64,000 nt of DNA from an uncultured delta proteobacterium. Its GTDB lineage: Bacteria; Myxococcota_A; Polyangia; Polyangiales; JAFGIB01. The translations under genes were made by a program, and so were the position numbers. How positions within the stretch are numbered: position 1 is the first letter of the stretch; each line of letters opens with the position of its first letter. Shown here one piece after another: positions 33,475 through 52,100 of this stretch. Location of the stretch: positions 144,939 through 208,938 of the forward strand of contig CAVZVA010000008.1 in NCBI GenBank assembly GCA_963778655.1. Direction: 5' to 3'. The notes below the pieces were generated by a model, which saw only the letters and a list, made by a program, of their open reading frames with translations, was not told the origin of the DNA and made no database searches.

Positions 33475-34023
33475 TCAGATCGTCGTCGCTGGTGTCCAGC
33501 TGTTCTCGAAGTCCTCGTCCGGGTCGGCCCCGCCATCGAATAGCGCGGCCTGCGAAGCGATGGCGGCCCAGAGCCAGGCGAAGGTCTGGTTGTTGCGCCA
33601 CGCGTCCTCGAAGTCTTCGCGCGGCTCGCCGTCGAAGATGCCGGTCACCGCCGTTACGTCGCTCCAGTCCAGGGCGAAGGGCACGTTGCTCCAGCCGTCC
33701 TCCAGGTCCTCAACGGCACCGCCGCCAAAGGGCGCGGTGATCGACCTGTCCCGACGGCAGCTCGGTGAGGTAGATGTCGTTGTTCCAGGCTTCCTCGAAG
33801 TCTTCGTACCCCTCGGCGAGCGGGTCGAAGAACGCCAGCGCAAGCGAGCCGGGTGCGAAGTCCAAGAGCAGCTCGAACCAGCGCTCGAAGTCCTCCCATG
33901 CGTCGAAGGGCGATGGACCGAAGCCGGCGATGCGCTGGTTCGCCACTGACGTTGTGAGAGTCCAGTGCACGGCCAGTCCTGGCTCGGGCCCCGCATCCTC
34001 GAAGCTCGGGTTCAAGATCGCCA

Positions 34024-34024
<1 letters not shown>
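33475..34024 (-). CDS. Acidic repeat tail-region protein, indel near 33745
   Basis: MAILNPSFE...; repeated ED(F/L)E..W. Confidence 0.65.
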
Positions 34025-35536
<1,512 letters not shown>

Positions 35537-35554
35537 CGCGCATACCTCCACCGA

Positions 35555-35585
35555 GGCAAAGCGCCGGCCGGGCCCTCCGGGGACA
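35555..35585 (-). promoter_or_regulatory. Phage bipartite promoter motif, copy 2 (baseplate J)
   Basis: TGTCCCC-N16-GCTTTGCC. Confidence 0.7.
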
Positions 35586-35586
35586 G

Positions 35587-35986
35587 CTACGCGGAGATGG
35601 TGAGCGCGAGTTCTTCGGTGTCCCCAGCAGCACTGGAGCGTCCCGATTCCCGCACGCGGACACGGAGCTCCAGGGTGGCATCTGAGCGCTCGACTCGAGC
35701 GCCGACGACTTCAGCTTCCGGGACCCAGCGCCGCAGCGCATCGCGGATCTGAACGCGGGCCAGCTCGGCCAGGGCCGCGTCGCTTCGCTGGTGGCGCAGA
35801 GATCTCGAGTCCGGCACCGAAGGCCGTCCGCCACGGCAGCTCGCCCGATGACCGCGACGTCGCGCCTTGGGTGAGTAGCGTCTGCAGCACCTTGCTGCGG
35901 AGGATGTCCGGGCCCGTCCCGGAGGCGAAGTCGCGCTTCTTGTCGCGGCGAAACGGGATGAGGAGGTTGGTGAGTTCCTGGGGCAT
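35587..35986 (-). CDS. GPW/gp25-like baseplate protein, indel near 35800
   Basis: L-T-G...[23 protein letters not shown]. Confidence 0.75.
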
Positions 35987-35999
35987 GGCGGACTCCTGA

Positions 36000-36674
36000 T
36001 CAGGGCACGGGCACCGCGGCGCGGGCGTTCTTGAGTAGCTCCACAATCGCGTCGAGCGGCGGAATAACGTCGTCGAGGGGGCGGCCGGCGAGGTCCGAGA
36101 GGTCTGGGATCTCGGGCAGGCCGACGATGCCGAGGAACAGGTTGATGAGACCGATCAGCTTGCCGAGGCTGGCGAGCGCCTTGCCCACGTTCGCGGATTC
36201 CTGCGCGACGTTCGCCTGGGCGCACTGGGCGATGGCCATCAGCCCAGCGTCCTCGAGGTTGGTTGCGCGATCGATGGTGCCGAGGATCTGCTGGACCTGC
36301 TGCTGCAGGTGAAGCAGCAAGCTGCGCGCCTGCACCAGCGTATCGATCACCAGGTCGATGAGGCCGATGATGGTGAGCGGCAGCGAGAGCTGCGGGATGA
36401 GCTTCAGGAGCTTCGCCACCTTCTCGGCGAGGTCGGGCAGGCACGCCGCGAGCACCGTGGGATCGGGTGGCGGTCCGAGCGAGTCCGGGATGGCCTTGAT
36501 GCAGTTGAAGACCGCGACGATGGTGTCGATGATGTCGAAGAGCGGAACCAGGGGCGTGAGCGCCGGTTGGATGACCTCCATCAGGTTGATGCGCTCGATC
36601 TGCACGCCGCCCGGAAGCGTCAGGTTGAACGGATCGGGGATTTCCGGGATCTCGATGCAGATGGGTAACGCCAT
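36000..36674 (-). CDS. Hypothetical helical hydrophobic protein after the spike
   Basis: [15 protein letters not shown]..., GGAGG RBS. Confidence 0.7.
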   Translation of the reverse strand: MALPICIEIPEIPDPFNLTLPGGVQIERINLMEVIQPALTPLVPLFDIIDTIVAVFNCIKAIPDSLGPPPDPTVLAACLPDLAEKVAKLLKLIPQLSLPLTIIGLIDLVIDTLVQARSLLLHLQQQVQQILGTIDRATNLEDAGLMAIAQCAQANVAQESANVGKALASLGKLIGLINLFLGIVGLPEIPDLSDLAGRPLDDVIPPLDAIVELLKNARAAVPVP

Positions 36675-36685
36675 GCTTGCCTCCC

Positions 36686-37264
36686 TCAGATCGGATCTGG
36701 AATCGGACGCACCGCGCGCCCGGCGATGGTGACGGTGGTGGCTTCGAGGCTGATCGCACCGACCGCGCGGATGGTGATGGCGGTCGTGCCTTCGAGCGTG
36801 ATGGTGTTGTCCTCCGCATCGAAGAGCAGGTGATCGCCGGTCTTGCGGTTGGTGAGCTTGAGCTTGCGAGCGTCCTTGGACTCGTCGAGCTCGATGCGAA
36901 AGGTCGGTGTGGCGATGACACGGTTGTCGGGCGGGTCCTTTTGCGCTTCCTCGGGCACCTCGCTCTCGCCGTCCGGCTTGCCCCAGTGCGCGGTCAGGTA
37001 GTACGGGGCGTCCACGTCGCCCTGGTTGAAGAAGACGGCGACCTCGGCCCCCTCCTCGGGCACGGCAAAGAAGCCGTGGTCCTTCATGCCGCCGCCCGAG
37101 GTGCCGAGCGGCCACGCCCAGGCGCTGAACGGTTCGAGCACGCCGGGCACGCAGATGCGCACGCGGCCGAGCCCCTCGGGGTCTTTGCGGTCGGTGACGT
37201 AGCCGACGTACATGCCCAGCAGGCGCGAGTCGTGGGTGCCGATGTCATCGTCGAACGTGCTCAC
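36686..37264 (-). CDS. Baseplate spike / assembly protein V (gp5 OB-fold)
   Basis: [37 protein letters not shown]. Confidence 0.9.
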   Translation of the reverse strand: MSTFDDDIGTHDSRLLGMYVGYVTDRKDPEGLGRVRICVPGVLEPFSAWAWPLGTSGGGMKDHGFFAVPEEGAEVAVFFNQGDVDAPYYLTAHWGKPDGESEVPEEAQKDPPDNRVIATPTFRIELDESKDARKLKLTNRKTGDHLLFDAEDNTITLEGTTAITIRAVGAISLEATTVTIAGRAVRPIPDPI

Positions 37265-38529
37265 TGGGTAGCCTCCGGGTCGCCGGCACCGATGGGCCTG
37301 CCGTCGCGCCGATACTCGAGGCGCGTCGCTCCGCTCTCCGGATCGACAACCTCGACCTGGGTCATCTCGCTGTCTGTGCGGGGCTGCGACGTGTTGCGCG
37401 AGCCGCCTTGCTGTCGCTGCGCCGCTGCAACAGCCCGCGCACGCCGACCGGTGCCGTCGCGGGTTAGCTTCACCTCGCAGATGTAGCCGGAGGACGAGAT
37501 CACGTGCTTGACCTCCTGCGCGTAGTACTTGCCGGACAGCATCCCCGAGATGCCGCGGACCTCGATGAGGCTCTTGGCGTGCAGCGTCGGGTCGCCGACC
37601 ACCTGCAGCGACAGCTTGACGGTTGCCCGCTCGGCCCGCCGAAATCGCGCCTGGGACTCCCGTTGGGCTCGGGCCTCCGTGGTGACCGACGTCGGGTGAA
37701 CGGTCGCCGTCGCGTTGCGGGTCTCGAGGGTCGTTGAGCCTGTCTCCGGGTCGACGACCTCGACCACCTCGCTGATGGTGCTGCGTTCGGCCGTGGTGGC
37801 TGTGGCCGACGCTTCCACGGTGCTGCGTTGCAGTGGGTCTCGACCGCGCACGCTGACCCGGCCTGCGCGACGAACCAGATCGGACTCGACGTTGACGCCG
37901 AGCACATCGCCTCGGCCAGGATCGGCGTACCAGGTGAAGACGTGGGTTGGCGCCACGTCCTGTCGGCGTTCGTGGAAGTGGAAGCCGCCATCATCGACGT
38001 AGAACTCGAACTCCTCGCGGGCGGCGAGACGCCGCAGAAAGCGGGCGTCGGTTTCCGCGCTCTGGTTCACGACGTCGAGCGTCTCCTCGGTGTCGTCGAT
38101 GTCGAGGAACTGACCCTCGTAGCCGTGCTCCTCGGCGATGTTCGCCGCGACCTCCGAGCGCGTGACGCTCTCCCAGCTTCGCGTCTTGGTCTCGCGATTC
38201 ATCAGGGCCGAGAGCGCCTGCCCCTCGACGGTGAGCGTCGAGAAGCCCTTGAGCTTCTTGATCACCACGCGCCTCGGCACCGACATGTTGCCCGGGTAGC
38301 CCCACGACACCTCGAGCACGGCCCCGCCCATCAGGTCTTCGCGGTCGAAGAGCGCGAGATCGAAGTTGTCGAGCTGCAGCGAGACCTTGTCCGCTTTGCG
38401 CTCGGCGTCCTCGAAGGTGAAGCCGATGAGGCGATCGCCGAGGTTGAGCGGCTCGCCGCTGCTGGCCTTCTCGTCGGGCAAGAGCGTGATGCGCACACCC
38501 GGCGCACTGCGATCGAAGGCCGGGTTCAC
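37261..38529 (-). CDS. Baseplate hub (late control D-like)
   Basis: [39 protein letters not shown]. Confidence 0.88.
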   Translation of the reverse strand: MNPAFDRSAPGVRITLLPDEKASSGEPLNLGDRLIGFTFEDAERKADKVSLQLDNFDLALFDREDLMGGAVLEVSWGYPGNMSVPRRVVIKKLKGFSTLTVEGQALSALMNRETKTRSWESVTRSEVAANIAEEHGYEGQFLDIDDTEETLDVVNQSAETDARFLRRLAAREEFEFYVDDGGFHFHERRQDVAPTHVFTWYADPGRGDVLGVNVESDLVRRAGRVSVRGRDPLQRSTVEASATATTAERSTISEVVEVVDPETGSTTLETRNATATVHPTSVTTEARAQRESQARFRRAERATVKLSLQVVGDPTLHAKSLIEVRGISGMLSGKYYAQEVKHVISSSGYICEVKLTRDGTGRRARAVAAAQRQQGGSRNTSQPRTDSEMTQVEVVDPESGATRLEYRRDGRPIGAGDPEATQ

Positions 38530-38870
38530 GAGCCACGCTCCTTGCGCCCGGCTTCACCGAGGATGACGTCACTCAGGACCCGCAGGCTCGGGATGAAGAG
38601 GCGCCGCCCGGGTTCGAGGACGATGGTCGGATCGACAATCGGATCCGGTTGGAACTCGGCGATCGCCCACCAGTAGCCACAGGCACGCGGCAACGGTGCG
38701 AAGTAGCGACCGGCCAGATCCCAAAGCGCGTCGCCCTGCACGACCCGGTGGGTTCGATTGTCGGCGTGGGCGCGAAAGCGGTACGGCTCGCGGTCGGTGA
38801 GATGGAGGACGCCGTCGGCATCCCACACCCCGAGGGCGAAGCCATAGCGAGAGCCTACGCGCGGCGGCAC
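38526..38870 (-). CDS. LysM/tail-X-like baseplate protein
   Basis: [16 protein letters not shown]...WWAIAEF...DP...G--LFIP. Confidence 0.85.
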   Translation of the reverse strand: MPPRVGSRYGFALGVWDADGVLHLTDREPYRFRAHADNRTHRVVQGDALWDLAGRYFAPLPRACGYWWAIAEFQPDPIVDPTIVLEPGRRLFIPSLRVLSDVILGEAGRKERGS

Positions 38871-38871
38871 G

Positions 38872-39382
38872 TCACACCTCCTCCCGCAGTTCTTCTGAGG
38901 TGACGCGCACGTCCAGGATCTCCTCGAAGGTCACGGTCGCCGCGTAGACCAGGACGCGCCCGTCGACGCCGACCTGGCGGTACTGGAACTCGACGTCGGT
39001 CACGACCGTCTCGATGGTCACGACCTCGGGCCAGATGAACAGCGTCCGCGGCGGGGCCGTGTCGGAGACGCCTTCGGTGCCGGACGGCGGTACGGTGAGC
39101 GCGCGAATGAACGACCGGAACTCCATGATGTCCGGCTCGCCTGGCTGCTCGGCTGCGAAGAAGCGATCGAGGTAGAACTCGACGCCCGGCCAGGGAGCGG
39201 TTGCTCGTGGACTGAAACTGCAGCACCTGGTGGGAGAGCCCGGGCACCGCCAAGCGGCTCCAGTTGACCTGCACCTTCTCGGTGAGCTGGGTCGGGTTGA
39301 ACAGGCACTCCACAGACTCGCCGCTCGTGATGTTCACCAGCACGCAGCGGGGAGGTCGGACGGTGGCCAGCTCGATAGGCAT
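38872..39382 (-). CDS. Tube-initiator (CIS-tube-like) protein, indel near 39185
   Basis: [29 protein letters not shown]. Confidence 0.8.
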
Positions 39383-39390
39383 CCATCACC

Positions 39391-42207
<2,817 letters not shown>

Positions 42208-42210
42208 GAG

Positions 42211-43183
42211 CTACGACCTCCGCTTTCCGGCCTTCTCGATCTCCTTGGCCTCGCGGCGAGCGCTGCTGGCCGATGCGCTCGAGGAACCAGTCGCGGTCGG
42301 CAATGGTCATGGCAAGCACCTCGTTCGACGCTCACGCTGAGCCCCGAGCCGCCGTGCTGTCGCCAGCACATCTGGAAGACGCCTTCGCGCCAGCCATCGA
42401 GATCTACCCGCGGAAGGAGGTGCTCCGGTCCCGCCGTCTCGCCGTCCGCTCCTTCCCCGGCATGAAGAAGCTCCGGTCGAAAGGGAGGTCGACCTCCTGG
42501 GTCGCCGAAGCACTCGGAGCACTCGACCTCGATGCCCGGTGTCGACGCCGCAGTCGACCCGGTCGAACTCGTCGACCAGGAAGTCGGCGTCGCGCAGGCT
42601 CAGCTCCTCGATGAAGCGCTTCTTGCTCGCGCGGCTCGACGCCCTCGACCTCGAGTCACGCGAAACGCGAGCATCGCCGAGAGCAGCTGGTCGCCAGCGC
42701 TGCGCCGGAGCTGCGGCAGCTTGCGCTCGTCGGCACCGGTGAGCAGCCGGAACCACGACCCGCTTGCCCGCGTCGGGCAGCGTGGTCTCGAAGCGGTTCC
42801 CGGCGAGCAGGCCGCGCGGCTCTCGTCGGAGAGCGGCCGGCACGGCAGGTCACCGAGGTCGAGCTCCCACTCGATCTTGCGCGCGGCAGGCCTCGTTCTG
42901 GCAGTTGACCGAGAAGGCGTAGGTCGGGCCGTAGGTGAGCGCGCGGATCTGGAGCAGCGCGTAGAACCGATCGCCCTGCAGCACCATGCCCCAGTCGATG
43001 GGCTTCTCGCCGAAGTCGTAGGGCCCGGCCTCGAGCGTCTCCTCCCAGCAGGCGGCGAGCAGCTCGTCGACCTGGCCGCCCGACTTCGCGAGCGCGCCGG
43101 TCGGCGAGGACCCGCTCCTCGCGGACCTTCATGCCGCGGATGCGGCCACTGAGCCCCGACGGGCAGGTGATGATTTCGGACAT
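42211..43183 (-). CDS. Tail assembly chaperone (short form stops at 42404; -1 frameshift form extends to about 42211); several indels
   Basis: Between tube and tape measure; CPSG, GDRFY-LL-IR-LTYG, CxxC pairs; C_CCT_TTC heptamer at 42485-42479. Confidence 0.7.
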
Positions 43184-43218
43184 CGGCGCGCACCTCCTGG
43201 AGATGGGTCTCCCAGGGA

Positions 43219-43249
43219 GGCAAAGCGCCGGGCGTCAGGGGTGGGGACA
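43219..43249 (-). promoter_or_regulatory. Phage bipartite promoter motif, copy 3 (chaperone/tape measure)
   Basis: TGTCCCC-N16-GCTTTGCC. Confidence 0.7.
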
Positions 43250-43306
43250 GGTCTGCGTCCCATGTGCTCCTGGATAACCAGGTACAATCGCAGCTAGAAC
43301 GACGTC

Positions 43307-44127
43307 ATGGTCAGAGCGAACAACTCACCGGTCGAGGTGCACAGGGAGGGGTTGCTTCTTGAAGGAGCGCTCGCGTCCGACGCGCTCGGCCACGGGTTGA
43401 CTGCGCTAAGATCCTACGACTTCGCCGACAAGGGCCGCTTCTTCAGCGGAATGTTCGCGCTCACGATTGGTTTGGAGCGCCTGCTCAAGCTGGTCTTCCT
43501 CATCAGCAAAGCGGAGGACAGCGGGCGTTTTCCCAACAACAAGGAGCTGAAGGACGTCGGCCACGACGTCGGCTGCCTCATTACTCTTGCGCGCTCGATC
43601 AATGAAGACAAGTCGCTTGGCGCAGACACGACCAAAGTCGACGATGAGCTGTGCGCGGCCATCATCGAGCTGTTCTCGAGGTTCGCGAAATACGCTCGCT
43701 ACTACAACCTCGATTCCATGACGGGCTCTACCGGATCGGCAGATGAGGAACCACTTGCAGCCTGGCCGCGTCGTCGGCACGGAAGTCGTACGGCGTCACC
43801 ACCGAAAGACAAGACAGCATCAGGATGCGATTGCGTTCGGCAATGCGCTCGCGGGCGTGCCAGGCATTGTCGTATCGCACGTGCTGGAGGATGGGACCCA
43901 TGCCACCGACACCGGCGTCTTGGCTGCTGCCGCGGTCTCGATCGAGACCAAGCAGAAGTACTCAGTCTACTACAGCCTCTGCATTGTCGAGTTCTGCGTC
44001 GAGGTGCTTGAGGCGCTAGACCGCAGGCAGAATCCGCCAATCTACGTGAGCGAGTACTTTCGAATATTCAACACCCTGGATCTGCAAGGCAGTACTTCGC
44101 CGAAAGAGATGGAATCCGTTGCCGTGA
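43307..44127 (+). CDS. Moron, HEPN-like hypothetical protein (indels near 43770 and 44085)
   Basis: Opposite strand, lower [11 protein letters not shown]...GHD...RYYNLD. Confidence 0.55.
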
Positions 44128-44136
44128 GGTCGTCGC

Positions 44137-44598
44137 CTACTGCACCAGCTCGAAGAAGTCGTAGGTCAGCGTGACCGACTCGATGACGTTCTCGTCGGCT
44201 TCGTTGTCCCAGTCGCCGGCGACGAACTTCACGGGCCAGGCGCGGGAGAGCGACCAGCGGCGCAGGGTGGTGCCGTCGCGGTCCTGCTGCACGATGTCGA
44301 GGTTGCGCTTGTAGAAGACGTCGGTGAGGCCGAGGCCGCTGGAGGTGATGGCGACGTCCTGGAACCAGTCGAAGAGGTCGCGGTCCTGGGTGGCGCCGCG
44401 CTCGAGGGTCACGTCGGCGAAGGTCAGCCGGCCGGGGCTCTTGTTGGGGATGAGCGAGCCGCCCTCGAAGTACTGGACGTTCGCGACCTCGACCGAGAGC
44501 TCGCAGCACTTCTGGAAGCCGGCGTGGCCGACGTCGTCGATCTCGACGATGAACTTGAACTTCTTGTGGAAGCTGCGTGGGTTGCCGATGATCGCCAT
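44137..44598 (-). CDS. Tail tube protein (T4 gp19-like)
   Basis: [36 protein letters not shown]. Confidence 0.92.
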   Translation of the reverse strand: MAIIGNPRSFHKKFKFIVEIDDVGHAGFQKCCELSVEVANVQYFEGGSLIPNKSPGRLTFADVTLERGATQDRDLFDWFQDVAITSSGLGLTDVFYKRNLDIVQQDRDGTTLRRWSLSRAWPVKFVAGDWDNEADENVIESVTLTYDFFELVQ

Positions 44599-44612
44599 GG
44601 TGTCCTCCTACG

Positions 44613-46836
<2,224 letters not shown>

Positions 46837-46839
46837 GGT

Positions 46840-47163
46840 CTACCTCGATCCTTTTCGTGTTTTCGTGCGCCGACCCTCGAAGACGCTGGTGCCTGTGCGG
46901 GTGGACTTGGTCTTGGGGACCACGCGCTCGACCCCGAGCTCGCCCGAGACGACCGCGCGCACGACGTCGCCGATCTGCAAAATCGCCTCGGGCAGCTGGG
47001 CGCTTCGGCCTCCGGCAGGCAGCGTCAGCGATTGCGCCACGCGTCGACCGGTTCGTGCATCCACGAGGGTGCAGCCGCAGCTACCAACGGCCTGGCAGTA
47101 GGTCGCGTGGGCCAGCGTGAAGACCTTCATGCGGCGTGCGCGGTTGATCAGAATGACGGTCAC
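46840..47163 (-). CDS. Hypothetical protein upstream of the sheath
   Basis: Coupled to its neighbours; H--YC---CGC. Confidence 0.65.
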   Translation of the reverse strand: MTVILINRARRMKVFTLAHATYCQAVGSCGCTLVDARTGRRVAQSLTLPAGGRSAQLPEAILQIGDVVRAVVSGELGVERVVPKTKSTRTGTSVFEGRRTKTRKGSR

Positions 47164-48074
47164 GGTGAACCTCCCGGGAGCGCCGGCGCGATGGCTTCGG
47201 TCTCGAGCTCGGCCGTGTCGACGGCCTTGCCGAGGTCGCGCGGCAGCCCTTCATCGATGTCGAAGCCGCGCACGACGAAGCCGCAGCTGAACGCGCGCAC
47301 GTCGTCGGGTCCGTCGAGGCGCGTGCGAAACTCACCTTGCGGATCCATCTCCCAGCGTGCGGTGCCCTTGGAGATGTCGCCCGGGTCGCGCGGCATCTCG
47401 ACCCAACGGCTGCGGTTGAGGAAGGTCGCGACCGCGGCCATCAGATTCAGCAGCTCGACGGTGCGATCCGAAGCGGCCGTGACCGTGAACTCGAGGTCCA
47501 CGGTGTACGGCGGGCGCCGGCGCATCAGCTCGGGGCCGATGCTCCCAGCCACCACATCCTCGTGCGGCACGTTGGTGGAGAAGAAGCGGTTCTCATCCAC
47601 GCGGGGCCCGGACAGAACCACCGCTGGCAGCTGCGCCAGGGCGATGACGTTGACGCCGTCGATGACCGTGTCGTCGTAGTCGACGGACACCGAGATGCTC
47701 GTGGCTTCGAGTACCTCGGTCTTGAGCTTGCGAAGGAGGGTCCGCACAAGCCGGGTGACGTCCGATTCCACGGCGACACCCGCGCGCCGGAACCGGTACG
47801 CCGAGGCCAGCGTCGTTTCTTCACCGGGGATGGGTGCGCCGCTTCCGTCTAGGTTGCGAACGGTGACATCGACAGTTCCGTCCGGGTGAGCGGGCGTCCG
47901 CACGTCGGCGATGCTGACACCCGCCTCGTCCCGGAGTGAGACCACCGTGCCAGGAACGCCGGCGAACAGGACCTCGATGGCGGCAGCAAAGTCGGCGCCG
48001 GTGATGCGCACCAGGTCGCCGCCTGCCGCGGGACCGCTCGTGGGCGTCAGTGCGGTGATCGTCGGGACCGCCAT
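47160..48074 (-). CDS. IPT/TIG-domain tail-completion-like protein
   Basis: [23 protein letters not shown] (IPT); C-terminal LPAVVL, VDLEF. Confidence 0.7.
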   Translation of the reverse strand: MAVPTITALTPTSGPAAGGDLVRITGADFAAAIEVLFAGVPGTVVSLRDEAGVSIADVRTPAHPDGTVDVTVRNLDGSGAPIPGEETTLASAYRFRRAGVAVESDVTRLVRTLLRKLKTEVLEATSISVSVDYDDTVIDGVNVIALAQLPAVVLSGPRVDENRFFSTNVPHEDVVAGSIGPELMRRRPPYTVDLEFTVTAASDRTVELLNLMAAVATFLNRSRWVEMPRDPGDISKGTARWEMDPQGEFRTRLDGPDDVRAFSCGFVVRGFDIDEGLPRDLGKAVDTAELETEAIAPALPGGSP

Positions 48075-48667
48075 CACAGACCTCCCAGTCCGCTCAGGGC
48101 TGCAACCCGCGCGAGGAATCGCGTCTGCGCTCCCTGCGAGAACTTCTTGAACGCTGGCCGCAGGAACGGCCGCGCGGGGATGTTGAGAATGACGACGCCC
48201 CGTCCCGAACCACCAGTGGGCTGCTGACCCGCGTGACGCAGGAGCGCGAAGAGGAACCGGCGCATTGCCGGAGTCATGGGAACGACGATGGGCCCCTTGC
48301 CGAACTCCTGAACCTGGGCGACGTCGACCAGCGCCTTGCCGCCCTGGTCGCGTGCCTTACGGGGAACGCCGATGAACGCCTCGTCGCCTTTCACGATCGC
48401 CGCGACGGAGTTCCGCAGGTCGCCTTTGACCAGCAGCGACTTGGTGCCGCCGCGCCCCTTCATCTCTCGGGCCGCCAAGGTGAGCGGGCTCGGCGGTGCA
48501 AGCGCCTCGCCGCCCGGGGCCTGCTTGGTGAGGCCCTGGACGATCTCGTTGCGGAGGACCTGCGCCTCTTGGCGAAGCGCAGTGCCGACGGCAGCCTTGA
48601 AGCGGATCGGCCCCGCCCGCAGGATGCGGCGAGCCGCCGCCCAGTCGCCGGTCTTCTGGACGCTCAT
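48074..48667 (-). CDS. Neck / virion morphogenesis protein
   Basis: [26 protein letters not shown]. Confidence 0.8.
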   Translation of the reverse strand: MSVQKTGDWAAARRILRAGPIRFKAAVGTALRQEAQVLRNEIVQGLTKQAPGGEALAPPSPLTLAAREMKGRGGTKSLLVKGDLRNSVAAIVKGDEAFIGVPRKARDQGGKALVDVAQVQEFGKGPIVVPMTPAMRRFLFALLRHAGQQPTGGSGRGVVILNIPARPFLRPAFKKFSQGAQTRFLARVAALSGLGGL

Positions 48668-49200
48668 GCGGCCCTCCCGGCGGCGAGCTTTCGGTCCTCG
48701 AAGGCGACGAGCAGGAGGTTGCGGTGGGGCCGTGGCCGGTGAAGACCGAAGCCAATCGGGCGCGCCTCGGTGACGTACAGTCCGGGTGGCGTACGAACGC
48801 TCTGCACCAGCGCGCCAGCCTTGTCGTAGAGCGCGCCGAGGCGATCGCCGGGGCGAACCAGGGCATCGCCGAAGGGCGCATCCACGAGCGAGAGTCGTTC
48901 GAGATCGCGAAAGTGAAAGACCAGCTCGACGCGCGAGCGCGGCGAGTTGCCGGCCGCGAACATGCGCAGATCCTCGAACGTCTTGGGCTCGACCTGGCAA
49001 GGGATGCGCACGGCTGGATGCTCCGCCCGAACGCGTTCGCCGATGCCGTCGTCGTTGGTGTCGACGCCCACAGGCTCCTTGAAGTCGGGGTCGTAGCCGG
49101 ACGTCAGCGGCCCGGCGCCGTCGGGGTCGGTGTTGGCCGTGCCCGCCGTGTCGAGGCGGAACAGCTCGGCCACAAACGGGAAGATGAGACGGCCGCGCAC
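48664..49200 (-). CDS. Head-closure-like protein
   Basis: Position, beta-rich, YDPDFKE, IPCQVE. Confidence 0.6.
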   Translation of the reverse strand: MRGRLIFPFVAELFRLDTAGTANTDPDGAGPLTSGYDPDFKEPVGVDTNDDGIGERVRAEHPAVRIPCQVEPKTFEDLRMFAAGNSPRSRVELVFHFRDLERLSLVDAPFGDALVRPGDRLGALYDKAGALVQSVRTPPGLYVTEARPIGFGLHRPRPHRNLLLVAFEDRKLAAGRAA

Positions 49201-49835
49201 TACGCAGCCCCCAGTCCCGGCGGTCGCCGATAGCGACCGACGATGCCGTCGATGTCGGGGTCGCCCGTGAAGACGCTGCCGGCACCGACGACGCGGTCGA
49301 GCTTGTAGCTCTGGTCGCGGGTACGCTCCTCGAGGATGCGCCAGCGATTGCGCGCCTCGCTGTCGTCCTCGGCGAGAGGCGACAGCCAGCGCAGCGCGAG
49401 CAGCATGCAGGCACGACGGATCTCGAGCGGGGTGCGGCCCTGCGGCGTGCCGTCATCCTCGGTGTAGCCCCAGACACCAGTCGCCTCGACGTTGCCCGTC
49501 GCTTTCGGAAATACGCGCCCGCGCGTTCTGGTGATACGTGGAGCATCGAAGCCCGGCGACCTCGGCGCGCCAACGACCACCAGGTCGCCCGCGGCAAGTG
49601 AGAGCTCGCTACCGCCCACCGTGAGCTGGCTCAGCGCGATGGGTGGCACTGGGGGCTCGACGCTGGGAGTGCCGCGCCCGTCGATTCGGAGGGTCAGGGT
49701 GCGGGGTTCGAAGAACCAGCCGGTAAACGAGTCGATGGCGCGGCCTGCCTCATCGATGAGCGCAAGAAGGCGACTGTCTGCGGCTTGCGCCACGGACACG
49801 CCTTCGTCGCGGAGGTCGGCCACGCTCGCGTACAC
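49200..49835 (-). CDS. Head-tail adaptor
   Basis: YASVADL, A---ID--TG-FF, NVE--G-WGY, P-EIRRAC. Confidence 0.75.
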   Translation of the reverse strand: MYASVADLRDEGVSVAQAADSRLLALIDEAGRAIDSFTGWFFEPRTLTLRIDGRGTPSVEPPVPPIALSQLTVGGSELSLAAGDLVVVGAPRSPGFDAPRITRTRGRVFPKATGNVEATGVWGYTEDDGTPQGRTPLEIRRACMLLALRWLSPLAEDDSEARNRWRILEERTRDQSYKLDRVVGAGSVFTGDPDIDGIVGRYRRPPGLGAA

Positions 49836-49836
49836 G

Positions 49837-50244
49837 TCATCGCCCCTTGTCCGCGCGAGAACTCGCTCGGGGGTTCGCGCGGCCCTTCGCTCGATCGTCG
49901 TCGGCACTCTGCAGGTCGCCCGTGGTGAGCGCGCCGCCGCTCTTGGCGTCGTCCTGCGGTACCGACACCTTGATGTCGTCGCTCGCGGTCTTGCGCGTAA
50001 CCGAGGCCTCCTTCTCCTTGGTTTCGAGGTTCTTGGCCTCGGCCTCGGAGCAGACGTCGAAGGCGAGCGGCGAGTGCTCGTCTCCGGGCGACTGGTGAAC
50101 CGCACGCAGGTACTCGGCGACGTCCTTGGGCACGCGGAACCAGCCGCGCTCCTCGTGGAACTTGATGCCGCGGTAGGTATAGCGCCGCAGGACGTACCCG
50201 CGGCGTGGGTCGTAGGGCTTGAGGCGTACGAACAAGGTCTCCAT
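49837..50244 (-). CDS. Hypothetical protein after the capsid gene
   Basis: [22 protein letters not shown]. Confidence 0.7.
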   Translation of the reverse strand: METLFVRLKPYDPRRGYVLRRYTYRGIKFHEERGWFRVPKDVAEYLRAVHQSPGDEHSPLAFDVCSEAEAKNLETKEKEASVTRKTASDDIKVSVPQDDAKSGGALTTGDLQSADDDRAKGRANPRASSRADKGR

Positions 50245-50261
50245 GGTTCAGCTCCTCCGCA

Positions 50262-51201
<940 letters not shown>

Positions 51202-51227
51202 GTGTTTCTCCTTGGCGTTCGCGGCGC

Positions 51228-52100
51228 TCACACGTCGTGGAACGAGATGGACTTGTCGACGCTGTCGCGGTCGAGACTGCGGTTGAGGTCGAGGGGCCAG
51301 CCGACATCAGCGTCGTCTTCGGCCCGGGCTGGGCGCTCCCCGGTGGGAGTGCTGTTGGGCATCCCGAAGCGCTTCTCCATGCGGGCGAGTCGCTGTTGCT
51401 GCTCCTTCACCGTCTCGCCGACGGAGTGCAGCGCGGCGACGAGGCTATCGAGCTTGCTGCCGAGGACAGCGGATGCCGCATCGGTCGCGGCGTCGTCTGT
51501 TGCCTTCGCCGTCTCAGGTTGCTTGGCCTCCACCGGCGTCGGTTCGGGCGCGGGCTCTGCGAGCATCTGGCCCACGCGCTCGAGCACCGCTCGCACCGAG
51601 GCGATGACGGACTCCACGCCCGGAGCACCTTCCGCAGGCGGGGGCGCTGCCGGCACGTCGCCAGCTCCCGTCGCGCCACCCAGTCGCGTCGCGACCGTGT
51701 GCAGCTCTTGCGCAAGCTCGGCGACCCGAGCCTGGGCTTCGTCCTGGGAGACCGTGCCGAGGACCTCGACCGCTTCGGTCAGGGACTCGAGCGCCTGAGC
51801 GGCGAGCGTGAGCGCCGGTGGGCCAGCGCCGACGACGCTGGCCTCGGGCACTTGCTCGCCGTCGTCGTCGGGTAGCTCGTTGAGGTCGACGACCGCGTCG
51901 TCAGTGTCGGGCGGCTCTGGTTCGGTGTCAGGCGGCGTCTCGGTCGCGTCGGCCGGTGCGGCAGTGTCTTGGTCCATGGGTTCACTCCTCTTCACGATGA
52001 GAAAACGGTGTTGGTTGGCGGCGCGATCGACGAGGGAGACTTCCTCGACGACCATGTCGAGGAGCCGGTGCACCGCACGTTCGGCCTTGTCCGCTGCCAT
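51228..52100 (-). CDS. Scaffold-like protein with an N-terminal protease strand
   Basis: [16 protein letters not shown], then acidic/Pro-rich and coiled-coil segments; TGATG coupling. Confidence 0.7.
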   Translation of the reverse strand: MAADKAERAVHRLLDMVVEEVSLVDRAANQHRFLIVKRSEPMDQDTAAPADATETPPDTEPEPPDTDDAVVDLNELPDDDGEQVPEASVVGAGPPALTLAAQALESLTEAVEVLGTVSQDEAQARVAELAQELHTVATRLGGATGAGDVPAAPPPAEGAPGVESVIASVRAVLERVGQMLAEPAPEPTPVEAKQPETAKATDDAATDAASAVLGSKLDSLVAALHSVGETVKEQQQRLARMEKRFGMPNSTPTGERPARAEDDADVGWPLDLNRSLDRDSVDKSISFHDV

